A DNA stretch of 63,388 nt, counting the filler, from Phoronis australis (lineage: Eukaryota > Animalia > Phoronida): the NCBI GenBank assembly GCA_002633005.1. It is 5 parts of 5 records of this genome, joined end to end, with 100 filler letters (N's around TTAATTAATTAA, not from the genome) between each part and the next. Parts side by side here need not be neighbours in the genome. Positions count along the whole stretch, not along the records: positions 1 to 18,216 come from NMRA01001146.1; 4 more parts are not named here. The stretch is one strand, 5' to 3'. Below, in pieces: positions 1 through 11,719 of the stretch (positions are counted from its first letter, which is position 1; each line of letters opens with the position of its first letter). The notes under the pieces were generated by a model that was not told where the DNA came from, searched no databases, and saw only the letters and a program-made list of their open reading frames with translations. Position numbers and translations under genes: made by a program.

Positions 1-1160
1 TTTTTATTTTTTTAACGAAGTATCAAAACAACTTTGAAGTCAGTTGTGAACCTATCCCTGACTTTTCCAGATTACAGCTACACCAAACATGTCACAGTAA
101 ACAAAACTTTGTCATTAGTTCAAGTTCAATCTTTATTAGAACTCAAATCATAAAATATATACAAAAGCGCAAATATGATGAAAGCCAAACTGAAGATTTG
201 GAACCTCTGGATAATTTTGGTAGCAGTAACTACATAACTATTCTAGCTTTTCCTCAGTCATAAAAAATGAAATCACAGCTCTTGCCCACCGACCAACCTC
301 ATCCACTGTGTGCACTCTCTTGTTTACTACAAAGCTATCCATCATCTTGTCTTCACATACGTGTTTTCCTTTACAACAACAATTCATAAAACTGGCGCAT
401 TTCTGAGAATATCAGTTGCCCGGTTAGTGTGTTACTCCTCGAGTAAAGTAGTTTGGTATGTCCTGGACTATAAGCGATGTTTTAAAAGTTATTGGCATCT
501 AATTTAGTCACTGAATGTTGTTTATAGATGTTTCAATGTAGCTTAGGTGTATATTAAAAGAATTATCCACGTGATATTGTTAACTCTGATCAGCGTTTGT
601 AAATCCATCGAGTATATCAATACGCACAGTCGTTTATCTTCAATCATACCCAATGTTCGTAGTTTTCAGCCTAATGGTTTATCATTTTTTAAAAATCCAA
701 AACCACACTTGGTTGTTTTTTCATCTGAATACAGCTGTGGTATTTATTTTTAACGAAAACTGTTGCTTAATGCATTTTGAAAATTTGCCAGTATGTACAG
801 GCAGATTATGTTTATTACAGTGTATGGTCGGGTGATTACACTTAGTGGGGTCTTGCTAACACCGGAAAATGCGGTCATCGCAACTGAGTCCGACTCTGGC
901 GCCGCCCTTTCTTTGATCCTGGTAAAAGCCGCTTAGAAGGATGAGCGGCGAAAAGTCATGCATCTCTTTAGAAATGCGTGACTTTCGTGTAAGCACATTA
1001 TTCACGGCACGTGCAGTTTTATTTGCTGTGACATGTTTGGTGTGACTGTAATCTGGAAAATTCAGGGATGGGTTCATAATTAACTGACTTTTAGGGATGG
1101 GTTCATAATTAACTGACTTCTAAGTTGTACTGAATACTTCGTTCAAACACAAAATAAAAA
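1..1160. repeat. Long imperfect inverted repeat, probably the arms of a TIR/foldback element whose left end lies outside the window
   Basis: 1-108 (...ccctgacttttccagattacagctacaccaaacatgtcacagtaaacaaaact) matches the reverse complement of ~1016-1160. The right arm contains a ~30-bp tandem duplication (agggatgggttcataattaactgactt). Confidence 0.7.
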
Positions 1161-1182
1161 GATAGTAATCCTAACTGGTTAC

Positions 1183-1316
1183 TGTGGTATACCCTGCTCA
1201 CTAGTTTGTGAGATCACCACGAGAAGTCTCTGGTAGTGCGGCTTCCAGGGAATCACGTGTTTTTAGTTAAGTAGAAATATACCCGTTTTCTTAGTTGTTA
1301 TTAGTAATACACTACA
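1183..1316 (+). repeat. Putative short 5' LTR of the Gypsy element
   Basis: TG...CA ends with imperfect inverted termini (tgtggtata / tacactaca), 3 nt upstream of the PBS. No second copy to confirm the 5' boundary. Confidence 0.55.
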
Positions 1317-1319
1317 AAT

Positions 1320-1334
1320 TGGCGACGAGGATGG
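1320..1334 (+). promoter_or_regulatory. Primer-binding site complementary to the tRNA-Ser(GCU) 3' end
   Basis: TGGCGACGAGGATGG is the reverse complement of the ...CCATCCTCGTCG-CCA end of animal tRNA-Ser(GCU). The gag ATG (1331) lies within it. Confidence 0.75.
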
Positions 1335-4300
1335 CCCATCTGAGGAACATGCAAATGTTTGATGCTTCGTCTGAACTCTGGAGTACTTATGTGGAGAGAG
1401 CCGAGCAATATTTTCAGTTGAATAACATTACAGGCGATAAGCGAGTGCCTGCCATCCTTACGTTCATGAGGCAGGAGGCCTATGGTATTTTATGCAGTTT
1501 GACGACGCCGGATCTTCCCAAGGACAAAACATACTCGCAGATAGTGAAGTCGCGGTGAGTGGCCCTGCATCTGTTCACAGAGTCTTCGCTAAGTCCGACG
1601 GCCGTGGTGCCAGCCGCTACAAAATGACTCCTACCCCATCTAGCGTTAGTAAGCCTAGTGGTTCTTGTTTTCGCTGTGGAGGTAAACACAACGAACATAC
1701 TTGTCGACATAAAGGTGCCACATGTTATAAATGTGGGGAGGTTGGACATATTAAACCTATGTGTAAGTCACAGCATGTTAAAACTGATTCGGGAACTATC
1801 AATAACGTGAGGCTTGGTGACTCTGATAATTTGCATTTGTATTACTGTGGGGCTGGTGAAGAGCCTCCAGTTTATGTAGCTGTAAATGTTGCTGGCCATG
1901 ACATTTCTATGGAAGTAGACTTTGGCGCTGCACGTACCACCATTGGTGAAGACCTTTACAAGGCGAGTTTTTCGCAGTTTCATCTGGAGCCTCCAAATGT
2001 TACTCTTTGCAGGTATGACGAAGTACCCGTGGCCTTGCTTGGTGTTATTGAGTTGCCAGTCACATTTAAAGAGCAGCCCTCGAGAAAATTGCCTCTCGTT
2101 GTGGTTAAGGGAAACCGTCCTTCGCTTTTTGGTAGGAATTGGAAACGAGAATTGGGAGTTAACTGAAATTCCGTCTTCAAGTTATCTTATGAACTGCAAA
2201 ATATTGATCTCCTTATCACAAAGTACAAAAACCTGTTTATTGGTAATGGCGAGGGAATCCGAGACTTCACTGCGTCTATCAGGCTTAAACCTAATGCAAA
2301 AGTCACGTTTCAAAAAGCTCGTCCCGTTATTTATTCAATTCAGGAGTCGGTGGAGGCCGACCTCAGTCGCATGGAACAAAGTGGTGTTGTGGAGCGTGTG
2401 GAACATAGTAACTGGGCGTCGCCCACTGTGAACGTCAGGAAAGTGAAATCCTCCGGTCCCACTATTCGTGTCTGTGGCGACTACAAATTATTGAACACTC
2501 AGTTAGAGGATGACAAATATCCGTTACCTAATACCCAAGACTTGTTTGCCAAGTTAGCACATGACGATTCTATGCCGTGTGTGTTCTCTTCGCTTGATTT
2601 GGTGGGTGCATTTAATCATTTGTGACTAGATGACCATTCTTCCAACTTACTCACCTTGAACACTCACAAGTATTTGTTGCGACCACGCCGTCTAACATCT
2701 GGAGTACAGACGGCACCATCCATTTTCCAGGCTACCATGGATATAATTTTGTCCGGTATCGATAACGGTATATGTTTCATCGATGACATTTTGGTGATAG
2801 GCCATTCCCTAGAGCAACACCTTTGCACTCTCGAACTGGTGTTTACATGTCTCAGCAAATATAATGTTAAGCTGAACAGATCAAAGTGTAAATTTGCTAT
2901 GCCGGAGATCCAGTTTCTCGGACACTCCTTGTTGGTGGATGGCGTGCGACCCTTAGCCGACAAAGTGGCGGCTATCTCACAGGTTCCTCGACCTAAAAAT
3001 GTGGATGAACTAAAATCGTTTCTCGGAATGGTGAACTATTATGGCAAGTTCATTCGTAATTTGTCTACTCTGTTACACCCTTTGTATACACTGCTGCATG
3101 GGGATGTTGAATGGCATTGGAGTGATGCCTGCGAGAAGTCGTTTGTTGAATGTAAGCGCCAGCTGTTAAGTGATCATGAGTTAGTGCACTACAATCCCAG
3201 AAGACCGCTTGTTCTAAGCTGTGATGCTAGTTCCTATGGCGTGGGAGCGGTTTGAAGCCACAAGATGCCTGATGGTTCGGATAAACCAATTGCATTCGCT
3301 TCGCGAACACTTAGTTCTGCAGAGAAGAACTATGCACAAGTCGAGAAAGGGGGACTAGCTCTGATTTTTGGTGTGTAGCGTTTTCACATGTACTTATTTG
3401 GTCGTATGTTCACTCTTCTGACTGACCACGAGTCCCTTACTCGCATTTTTGGGGCTAAGGCCGGAATTCCAACGAACGGAGCTGCTCATTTACAGCGCTG
3501 GGCACTGGTGTTATCCGGTTACGATTTTGAGATAGTGCACAAGCGATCACATCTGAGTCGTCTTCCCGTGGATCAGCCAGAAACTGCGTCTAAAGTGGAG
3601 ACTTACTCGATTCACTTTGTTACCGAGGACGGTAACGGCATCTGAGATCCATGATTCTACCCGTAAGGACCCAATTCTTTCTAGGGTATATGATTTTGTG
3701 TCGCATGGCTGGCCTGACCATGTCGATAGTATTGAACTGCAACCGTATTTCGTGCACAGAGATGAATTGTAACTTGAAGATGGATGCCTTTTGAGGAGCC
3801 ATCGAGTTATTATATCAGCCAAGTTTCAAGCTAAACGTATGTCGGATTTGCATGGTTTGCATACCAGTATGGTGCAGATGAAATCGACCACCAGGGGTTA
3901 CTTTTGGTGGCCTGGCCTGGATAAGGAGATTGATGATTTAGTGGGTTCGTGTGGTTATTGTGCTCGATTTCGTAACATGCCAAAACCTTCGCCATTGATT
4001 CCGTGGCCATGGGCAACCAGGCCCTGGCAGAGAGTACACATCCATTATGCTGAAAAGAATGGTAAGGATTATCTTATTGTTGTGGATAGAAACTCCAAGT
4101 GGTTGGAGGTGTTTCCCATGTTGGGAACGACTTAAACTCACACCATTGTGAAATTACGTCAGCTGTTCGCGTCTTACGGCTTGCCCTATGAGCTTGTGTC
4201 AGATAGCGGCCCACAATTTCGATCCGCAGAATTTGAGACATTTCTACGCTTGAATGGTGTCAAGCACACGTTCAGTCCCATTTATCATCAAGCTAGTAAT

Positions 4301-4933
4301 GGACAGGCGGAACGTTATGTGCAGATTTTCAAAGACGTGTTGGACAAATCTGATACATGCTTGCCATTGTAGCATCACTTATCGAACTTGTTGTTCTCAT
4401 ATCGCAACATGCCATATTCTGTCACTGACAAACCTCCAGCCAAACTATTTCTGAAACATGCTCCGCGCACTAAGCTCACCCTGCTGAAACCAAACTTACA
4501 GGAATTTGTGGAAAGGAAGCATAGTTGCCAGAAATCCACTCATGATGGTCAAACACCTAAACTGCAACAGCACAATCTTTATCAACATGTGCGCGTTCGG
4601 CAAACTTGCGGTGGGAAGGAGAAATGGATTCCAGGTGTTGTCACCAAGGTTACTGGATCATTGACATATGTAGTGCGAGTGTATGGAAACAAATATCGTT
4701 TCGTACATGCTAATCACCTTAATGCGGATGATTCTTCTATGCCTCAACGCGTTGAACTTAAAGGCTAATGCCACCCGATTTAATTAGTCTTTTTTACCGT
4801 CTTAATCGGTCTGGGGCCACATCGGCTCGTACACGGTCGACCTTACCTTGCCGAGAGGTGTCGCGTTAGCCTGTGAGGAAGGTGAGAAAGTCCGCAGCGA
4901 CGTCAGTGGTTCGTATGCAGAGTGAATTCCGCC

Positions 4934-5293
4934 ATGGTGTGGTGTGTCGTTCCTGCCTGTTCGAACTATGAAGCGGCGAGGAAAGCGGGTACATCGTTTT
5001 TTCGATTTCCTCGAGAGCCCGAAATGCTTCGGAAGTGGCTCGCGGCAGTGAAAAAGGACAAGTACGGAGTTCATACCAAGTACGAGGCCGTGAAACACCT
5101 CCGTGTCTGTGGCCGACATTTCGTGGACAGTGATTTCACTGACGAATTCCGGCTTGCCAAACAGCTCATGCCAGGGCAGAAAAAGCAACCGAGGCTGAAG
5201 TCAGATACTGTGCCTAGTGTGTTTGCGTTCGGCAGGCAGGAAGCAAAGAAACGTGGATCAGTTGTTTCCATTATGGTGCAGTTAGCGCACTGA
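4934..5293 (+). CDS. THAP zinc-finger domain, truncated N-terminus of a Kolobok transposase
   Basis: MVWCVVPAC...FFRFP...WL...RVCGRHF...RLKSDTVPSVF gives a complete C2CH THAP signature with an AVPT-like box. No DDE domain follows. Confidence 0.8.
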   Translation: MVWCVVPACSNYEAARKAGTSFFRFPREPEMLRKWLAAVKKDKYGVHTKYEAVKHLRVCGRHFVDSDFTDEFRLAKQLMPGQKKQPRLKSDTVPSVFAFGRQEAKKRGSVVSIMVQLAH

Positions 5294-5480
5294 CACCATG
5301 AGACGGTTTTCGGAACTATCCATGTGCTCCATTGTTTGTGCACGTTCACGGCGCTTCTCTAATACTTCTTGATCAGTGTACTCTAGCTGGTTCGAACAGA
5401 TATCCTGAGAAAACTAACGATCTACCTGGGAAGTCTTCGTCAGATGAATACTCCTCCAAGTCGGGATTGCGAGTTGCCAT
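5255..5480 (-). pseudogene. KolX-like (P2X7 C-terminal-like, Cys-rich) remnant of the Kolobok element
   Basis: ATG at 5480 gives MATRNPDLEEYSSDEDF...GYLFEP, then across frameshifts EYTDQEV... and WCQCANCTIMETT. It faces the THAP ORF, as KolX does in Kolobok elements. Confidence 0.7.
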
Positions 5481-6031
5481 GTTGACGTTTATTACTAAGC
5501 GTTCTGTTTCAAAATGAATTATTCTCAAACTAACCAATACTTATATATAAAACTGAAAGAAAGTGTGTCCCATTAGATGCAATTTGTAATGCCTTTGGAG
5601 TGTTCGTGAGTGCAAATGATTTGAGAAGCCAGCAATGAATAAATCACTGCGTTACCGGCTTTAGGTGCAATAAAACTAATTTGACCGGACACCGAGGCCG
5701 TGTGAGCGCAAGCAATTCAGTGTTTGCGGACAGAATCTGTTGTGAAACAATAACTCGATATTCCATCCCACGGCCAGGTGTTAGGGGAATCTTTATTTAC
5801 TTATATATTATTCAAATAATGATTGTCAATGTACAACTTCTGCCCTGGCGGTTCTGTGGCCAAACGGGAACCTGAATTCACGGCCCCCGACGAGTAGGCC
5901 TTAGTAGATTTGCAGTTTCGTGGCTTCACCAAAATAATCACGTGCACATTACTTCTTTAGCTCACTAGTATAGTATTTTCTTGACTTCAAGCTTAGTTTC
6001 CAACTTTGGCTGGTTAATGTTCGTGATGTCT

Positions 6032-6143
6032 TCAGTCCGGTCGCGACGGGCCTGATTGGGTTCCGAGCCACTGGCCGGGATAACGAGTCAGTCCGGCCGC
6101 GACGGGCCTGATCGGGTTCCGAGACACTGGCCGGGATAACAAG
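6032..6143. repeat. 56-bp GC-rich tandem duplication inside the Kolobok element
   Basis: Two copies of tcagtccgg(t/c)cgcgacgggcctgat(t/c)gggttccgag(c/a)cactggccgggataac. Confidence 0.85.
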
Positions 6144-7062
6144 CGTTTTTTGTGTTTAGAACTAAAAAACACAAGTCTAAACAACACAGATCTAGGTCCT
6201 ACTGTCTGTATTTCACGGAAAAATACTTAGAATTTATCTCCGAACAGAACACGAACTCCTGATACGGACCTTGGTAAATTGGACTGCCGAAATTTGTTGG
6301 CTACGGTGTGTCCAAATACCAATAAATCCGTAACAGTGAAATAAGACAACACGTTTTTATAAGAACTCGGTGTATTTTTAAGGGTTTTACATCGAAGTTT
6401 GATCATTTATTGGTGTTAAACAATGAATTCAAGCGATAAGCTGACACCAGTTACCCGTGTTGTGAACTGCTGAACAGACTGCGAGTGAAACCGATGACGT
6501 CAGTGGAAAATTTCATCACCTCCGTCTGCCGTCAGGTGTCAGGTAACGCAACCGTACGTGCCGCTATCGAGGAGAACTACTCGATCTGAATTGATACAAA
6601 TTAGGTTGTTTTTTGGGTGGCATGCTCCTTTAATTCAGAGCAAATATCTGCAGACCAGGCACCGAGTGCGGCTAGTGATTCACCAGCTGAACCAGAACTA
6701 TGGCTAAGTATAGGCTCTCCCGCGATATCCCAGTTGAATGACGATGAACAAACAGAAGCTGCTGGTAAGATGTGAATTTTAATCGAAGCCTTAGTGAATC
6801 ACTCAGAAACTCGCAATACTCTCTTTGTCAAACCTTATCTTAGGACGATTTCCAAAGCAATCTCGTCATTATTGCCAACACGAAAAACGGATTTGGTCTT
6901 TTGGGCATTTGAAGACTATTTTAAATACAACAAATTTGTTAACAATTGATGGCACAAAATATAAAACGTGTAATACGCATTACAAAAAGAAGTATGTTTC
7001 GTGCTCAAACGCTGTGGACCATAAACAAGTAGGTCTCTTAGTATGTGATTAGTAGTTAATTT

Positions 7063-7130
7063 GTGGTGGTGTAGTGGTAATGTACGCGCTCTCTAGTCTA
7101 ACCGCCAGGTTGTGAGTTCGAATCTTTGGA
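7063..7130 (+). repeat. Degenerate tRNA-derived (SINE-head-like) sequence
   Basis: A-box-like tggtgtagtgg and B-box-like gttcgaatc at tRNA-like spacing. No intact cloverleaf. Confidence 0.4.
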
Positions 7131-8013
7131 ACTTGCAGTTTTTCCTAATTGACACGTTCTCATTTTTTTTGCCTTTTTTTCTTGGATAATACTTCAGGAA
7201 TCAAGGAAAATGCTTAATTTTAGAGGTAAAAACAGAAAAATTTCCTGGGCGGGATGGGGGCAAACCCCCCTCCCGACCTCCTCCCATTCGGTGCTATGCG
7301 CATCTACAATTGTGGTTCACTTTGCGCAAATGCTTGCAGCTGGACAAAATGTAGGGAGGTGCACAAAAATTGAAAATTGACAAAAAAATACAATATTAGT
7401 ATCAACTTAAAGACCTTTTTGAGACATTTAAAACAACACAATTTTCAACTCTCTACACCATTTATTAGCGAAGTTACTGGCATTTAAGTGTCGGAAATCC
7501 ATCAACAAAATTTACCCTTCGTTTACCAATGAAACCTAAAAAACACTGTGACCAAAAAAATGATTTTCTACAGTAAAATGATCACAACTTTGAAAATAAT
7601 TCACCAATATTGATGAAAGTGGTACGAAATGAAAGTTTAATGTTTGGGCTACAAGTAGAAAATATGTAACTTACAATATATTAAAGGTTCTCGTTATAAT
7701 GGCCGTCACTAATGTCGTTAAAAATGAATTATAGGCATTTTGTACGCAACAGACATTAAAAAACACAAATATGAAATATTTTAAGTTGTTAATCTATCTT
7801 TTGATTAATTTTGATTAATTACATCAACTGTAATCAGAAAGACTGGCTACTAAAAACATGGCCAACAAGATGGCCGCTAACGAGTTAATTAACGACACCA
7901 AATTTCAAAAGTAAACCCTATCTTGTCATACATCATTCTGAAGCATTTGCCATGGCGTAGAAGAAAAACTTACAGCAGTGGCCCTCACTTCTACTACTAT
8001 AAAGTTATCAACA

Positions 8014-10795
8014 TTAGCAAAAGACTAAATCCCCTGTGATGAAGTCGGCAGCCATTTCATACTTTGACACATCATACTCCACTGCCTCCTCTGGTGACTC
8101 CTCATCAGTCCAATAGCTAATCACATAAAAATCTCTTTTCTTCTTTTTCAGCTTCTCGATATTTCCATTGTACATGATCTTCTCGTGAGAATCTTCGTCG
8201 TACCATACATGGAAGATTTTCTGTCCAACAACCTTTGAATAAAGAATGTCTTGAACAGCCTGTACCGATTCACTGGTCAATTCTGGAAAGGCTTTTACCA
8301 CGTCCAGATTCGGTGTTTTTAGTGTTTTTTCTATCTTTTTGCGTTCTTTTGTGATTTTCTTTTGTACCTTGGAAGCTAACCGTTGTTGCAATTGCAGCTT
8401 GACTTCAGTAGCAACAGTTTTCTTAAACACTCGTTGCTTTCTTGCAAGGTTTATTTCCAACTTTACTATTTCATTTTTCCTTTTGCTCTCCGTGTTGTCT
8501 AACAACTGAGCGACTTTGTTCTTTTGTGCACGGATTTTTGCTGTCAAATAATCGATGGTAGCACCAGGGGCTTTGGACATAGCAGCACTCACCATGCCAA
8601 TGATTTCCTCGCTGTCCATGTTATGTAACCGCGCTGTTTCTGTTTCTATCCTCAGCTGTTCCGTGATGTCTGTCGCAAAATACCGCCCATACTGACGTTG
8701 TAACACAGCTACAGATGCAGTAAGGCACTTGGTCATCATAGCTGCAAACAACTGAGGCTCACTGGGGTTCTGCTGCAAACATTTCAAACGTGCATCTACG
8801 CTCAGGTCATCACCGAAGAAGTCACAAGTAGCGGTCAGGGTGCCAAGTGGTCTTGCTGCAGCTGTTTTCATTTTCTCAATCACTCCAGCCACAAGGTCAA
8901 TTGCATCAACATGAGTGATGTTACTTGCAGCTGACTGATAAAACTTTCCCATCCAGGGTCCTGACAACAGCTTCCCCACCAATCCCAAGACATGAAGTTC
9001 TGTGATAGCAACAACTGATTCGAAGTCGGAGCGAGCTGCAGCCTGAAATTTGCTGCATGTTAATACTGATGATGACAGGAATTCTCGAAATGCAGCATGC
9101 TGCTCAAAGTACCGGCCACACAACTCAAACAGCACATGGAGACGGTTGCCACGGTACCTAATGACGAATCCTTTCCCCAAGCCGGAGCTCTCTAGAAAAC
9201 TGATGAAAGCCTTGGGATCGCCTTTGCCGTCTTTAAACCTGATCTTATTGATTGCCAAGAGAATATTTGTAGCAATACAGTCTCTCCCAAACAGCTGTCC
9301 TTTCACTGGCTCATTCTCTTTTAATGCTGATCGACACGAGCTGGCGATGGTGTCAAGGGGGTGGAGGTGGCAGTTCAGCTCATTTAAATGAGTTCCCCAC
9401 TCTTCCTCTAACAAAGCAACTGTTGCACGATTCACGGCAGCTCTATCAGTCAATGTGTTCCTTATATTGGCCGCAATTGTTTGTCGGCACTCCTCAAAAT
9501 CCATGTCACAGTAGGCAGCATAGATTTCCGCAACACGTCGTATGCTTTCTGATATATGACCAGCATAGTCCTGCGCAGTGCCACCTGGTAATTCATCAAC
9601 AGATAGTACATAGCACTCGTTCTTGGTTGTAACATGGATGCTGTTGATGTGCACGCCTTCTTGAGTTGTTGCATCAAATCCCAATGTGAGGTCGTGGTTG
9701 TTCATCAGCACATCGGCAACAAAATAGTCGGAGATCACACCAAGTTCCCGTGTCATCTGCTCCACGGTGGTTCTGTGAGGGACAGAGTCAAGTGAGACAC
9801 CTGCATGCTTTAAAACGCTGTGTATAACAATGGGTGTACTTTTAGTTGGGACGTTATTCACGATGCAGTCAAATACCATCATACGAACATCACTAGAGTA
9901 TGACTTTTTGTCACCTTTTACATTAATACTGGTAGATGAAAGAGTCTGAACTTGTTCTTTAAGCAAACCATTTTCATATTCAAGGGCATTAATGATGCTC
10001 TGACTTTCTTTTTCTTTCTTCTGTAGAGCCCTGAACCTTGGCATGGGAACAGAACTTGCTCGATTAAGTTTGTTGTAGCGTAACAAGCTGCTGTGGGTTC
10101 TCTTTAGCCTGTCAACGTAGCTGTGCACTGTATCACCTTTTAATTCACTTTTCAGCGATGCAATTAATGCGTTCTTTTGAGCAATCATCTGAGACATCCG
10201 TTTGATACGTTGGTTTGAAACCTTGACATTGCATTTCCTTTTAGCCGAACTCAGTTCTTCACGTAGGGATTGGATGTTCGCTTTGAGTTATTTTTTCTCT
10301 TGGTCTTTAGACCTGCTTACAAAAGCTAATCGCTTCCTCAGCTTTAGTTTTCTTGGAGTTGAGTCGGTCCCTCGTGTTGATAATTTTGGTGAAGTAACTG
10401 ATGTTACAGGAGTAGTCATGGAAGTCACTGAAACTGGACTGGGAGATCTTTCTCTCGATGGCCCTGGAACAGGCACACCCTCAGATGGCACAGCAGGCTT
10501 AAGTACAAACAACTTGTTGCACATATCAGTCATTTGACAAGTTTCTATATTTTTTCAGAGTTTTGTTTACGACTGCATTGATATCTTGAGACACAATGTT
10601 CCATTCACCTTCTAATTTCTGTTTCAATAAGGTCACTGTATCAGCAAATGATTTGTTACTTTGAAGGTACAAAAACAATACATGACCATTCTTTATGCCT
10701 ACAGATGGTACACTATGAAAATTCTCTTCAATAAGTTGTCTGGCTACACCAGGCTTCTCTGGAAGAACGCTTTTTCTCTTCTTTTTCGGAGGCAT
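8014..10795 (-). pseudogene. hAT-like DDE transposase, disrupted by one frameshift (~10530) and one stop (10288-10290); 727-aa open core at 8014-10197
   Basis: MPPKKKRK start at 10795 directly after a ttttcag acceptor. The 10533 and 10197 ORFs share a frame. Motifs TLGFDATT (D), TLTDRAAVN (D), CHLH (CxxH), GNRLHVLF and NMDSEEIIG (E). C-terminal Tudor-like segment. Confidence 0.82.
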
Positions 10796-11719
10796 CCTGA
10801 AAAAATTATAGCAACAGGTAAACCTAGCCACAAAAACAGCCATTTCCATAACAAAATGCAATGGCAGCACCTGCAGATTTAGTGGGAGCAAGGCCCAGCC
10901 TACTCCTACGGACATGATTAAAAGTAAAAGCAAAAAATTTATTTTTTGCATATTGCATTTTCTTTCCAAAAGTATGCTTGCCATCTCGAGCTCCTGCCAC
11001 TTTCTAGATCAGCCACTAACCAACAACAACTAGCAAGTTAAGTACTAGTCCACGAGAGCACCAGCCATGAGCGGCAAGGTGGGGGTCAGCCGATTTTCAC
11101 CAAATTTGGCACATAGGTGGTCCTATAGGATCTATAAACAGCGGTAAAATATTTCCTCAAAATATTGCGTTTTTCTAAAGTTATAGGCTCAAACACATTT
11201 TACGGCTTCGCAGCCATGTTTTCGCGGTATAAAAACTGTCCAGTTTTAACTGTTCATATTTTTCCTTGAATGAAAGCTATTGATTTATTATTCACTTGGC
11301 ATTGTTTAGTGGTGCCTGTAGATTGTTACACAGATGTCTTGAAACACAATTCCGATTTACCACCCTCATTTAGTAGTTTTACTACACTGCCCCCCGTTAT
11401 ACCATTTTGAGGTTGTGTTCAGTACACTGCTGTACCAAATCTGCCCCCACTGTTATGAGAATGAAACTTAGCCAAAATGTTGACAAAACATGTTGCTTTC
11501 ATTGCATAAAATAAAAACTTTGTCAGCCAGTTTATTAGTTATATATTTTGGCACCTCAAATGTACTAAAATGAGAAATTTTCATATATCTGAGATCGATG
11601 CGTGAGCACCGTAAAATCCGATTGTCCTTCATGTTTTTCGATATTTTGCAACAAGTTAGTTCCTCCTGAATGTTTTGAACGTTTTACTACTGATCACTTA
11701 GGGCTATAGTACCCCTAAA

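Larger units (their letters stand above)
4762..6629 (+). mobile_element. Non-autonomous (internally deleted) Kolobok DNA transposon
   Basis: TTAA at 4758-4761 and 6630-6633. Imperfect TIRs (aggctaatgccaccc / reverse complement aggagcatgccaccc) start with purines. Convergent THAP and KolX-like remnants inside. Removing the element restores the Gypsy pol tail frame (...RVELNSEQISADQAP...GKM*). Confidence 0.88.
1183..6775 (+). mobile_element. Decayed Ty3/Gypsy LTR retrotransposon (Mag-like), 3' LTR not seen, interrupted by a Kolobok element
   Basis: Fragmented gag-pol in Gypsy order: gag N-terminus (WSTYVERAEQYF), two zinc knuckles (CFRCGGKHNEHTC, CYKCGEVGHIKPMC), protease (MEVDFGA), RT (RVCGDYK, FIDDILV), RNase H (CDASSYGVGAV), integrase (HHCC zinc finger, VSDSGPQF, SNGQAER). 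Many stops and frameshifts, and an internal gag deletion near 1555. Confidence 0.93.

Noticed and set aside
856-1077. 73-aa minus-strand ORF with an apparent splice acceptor
   Set aside because: Its start lies in one arm of the long inverted repeat mirrored at 1-108. No recognisable protein.
7063-7130. Functional tRNA gene
   Set aside because: A and B boxes are present but the acceptor and anticodon stems do not pair, so it is treated as a SINE-like relic.
9050-10537. Plus-strand ORFs overlapping the transposase (likewise 49912-50388 over LINE ORF1 and 35003-35305 opposite PMS1)
   Set aside because: Antisense shadows of real coding sequence.
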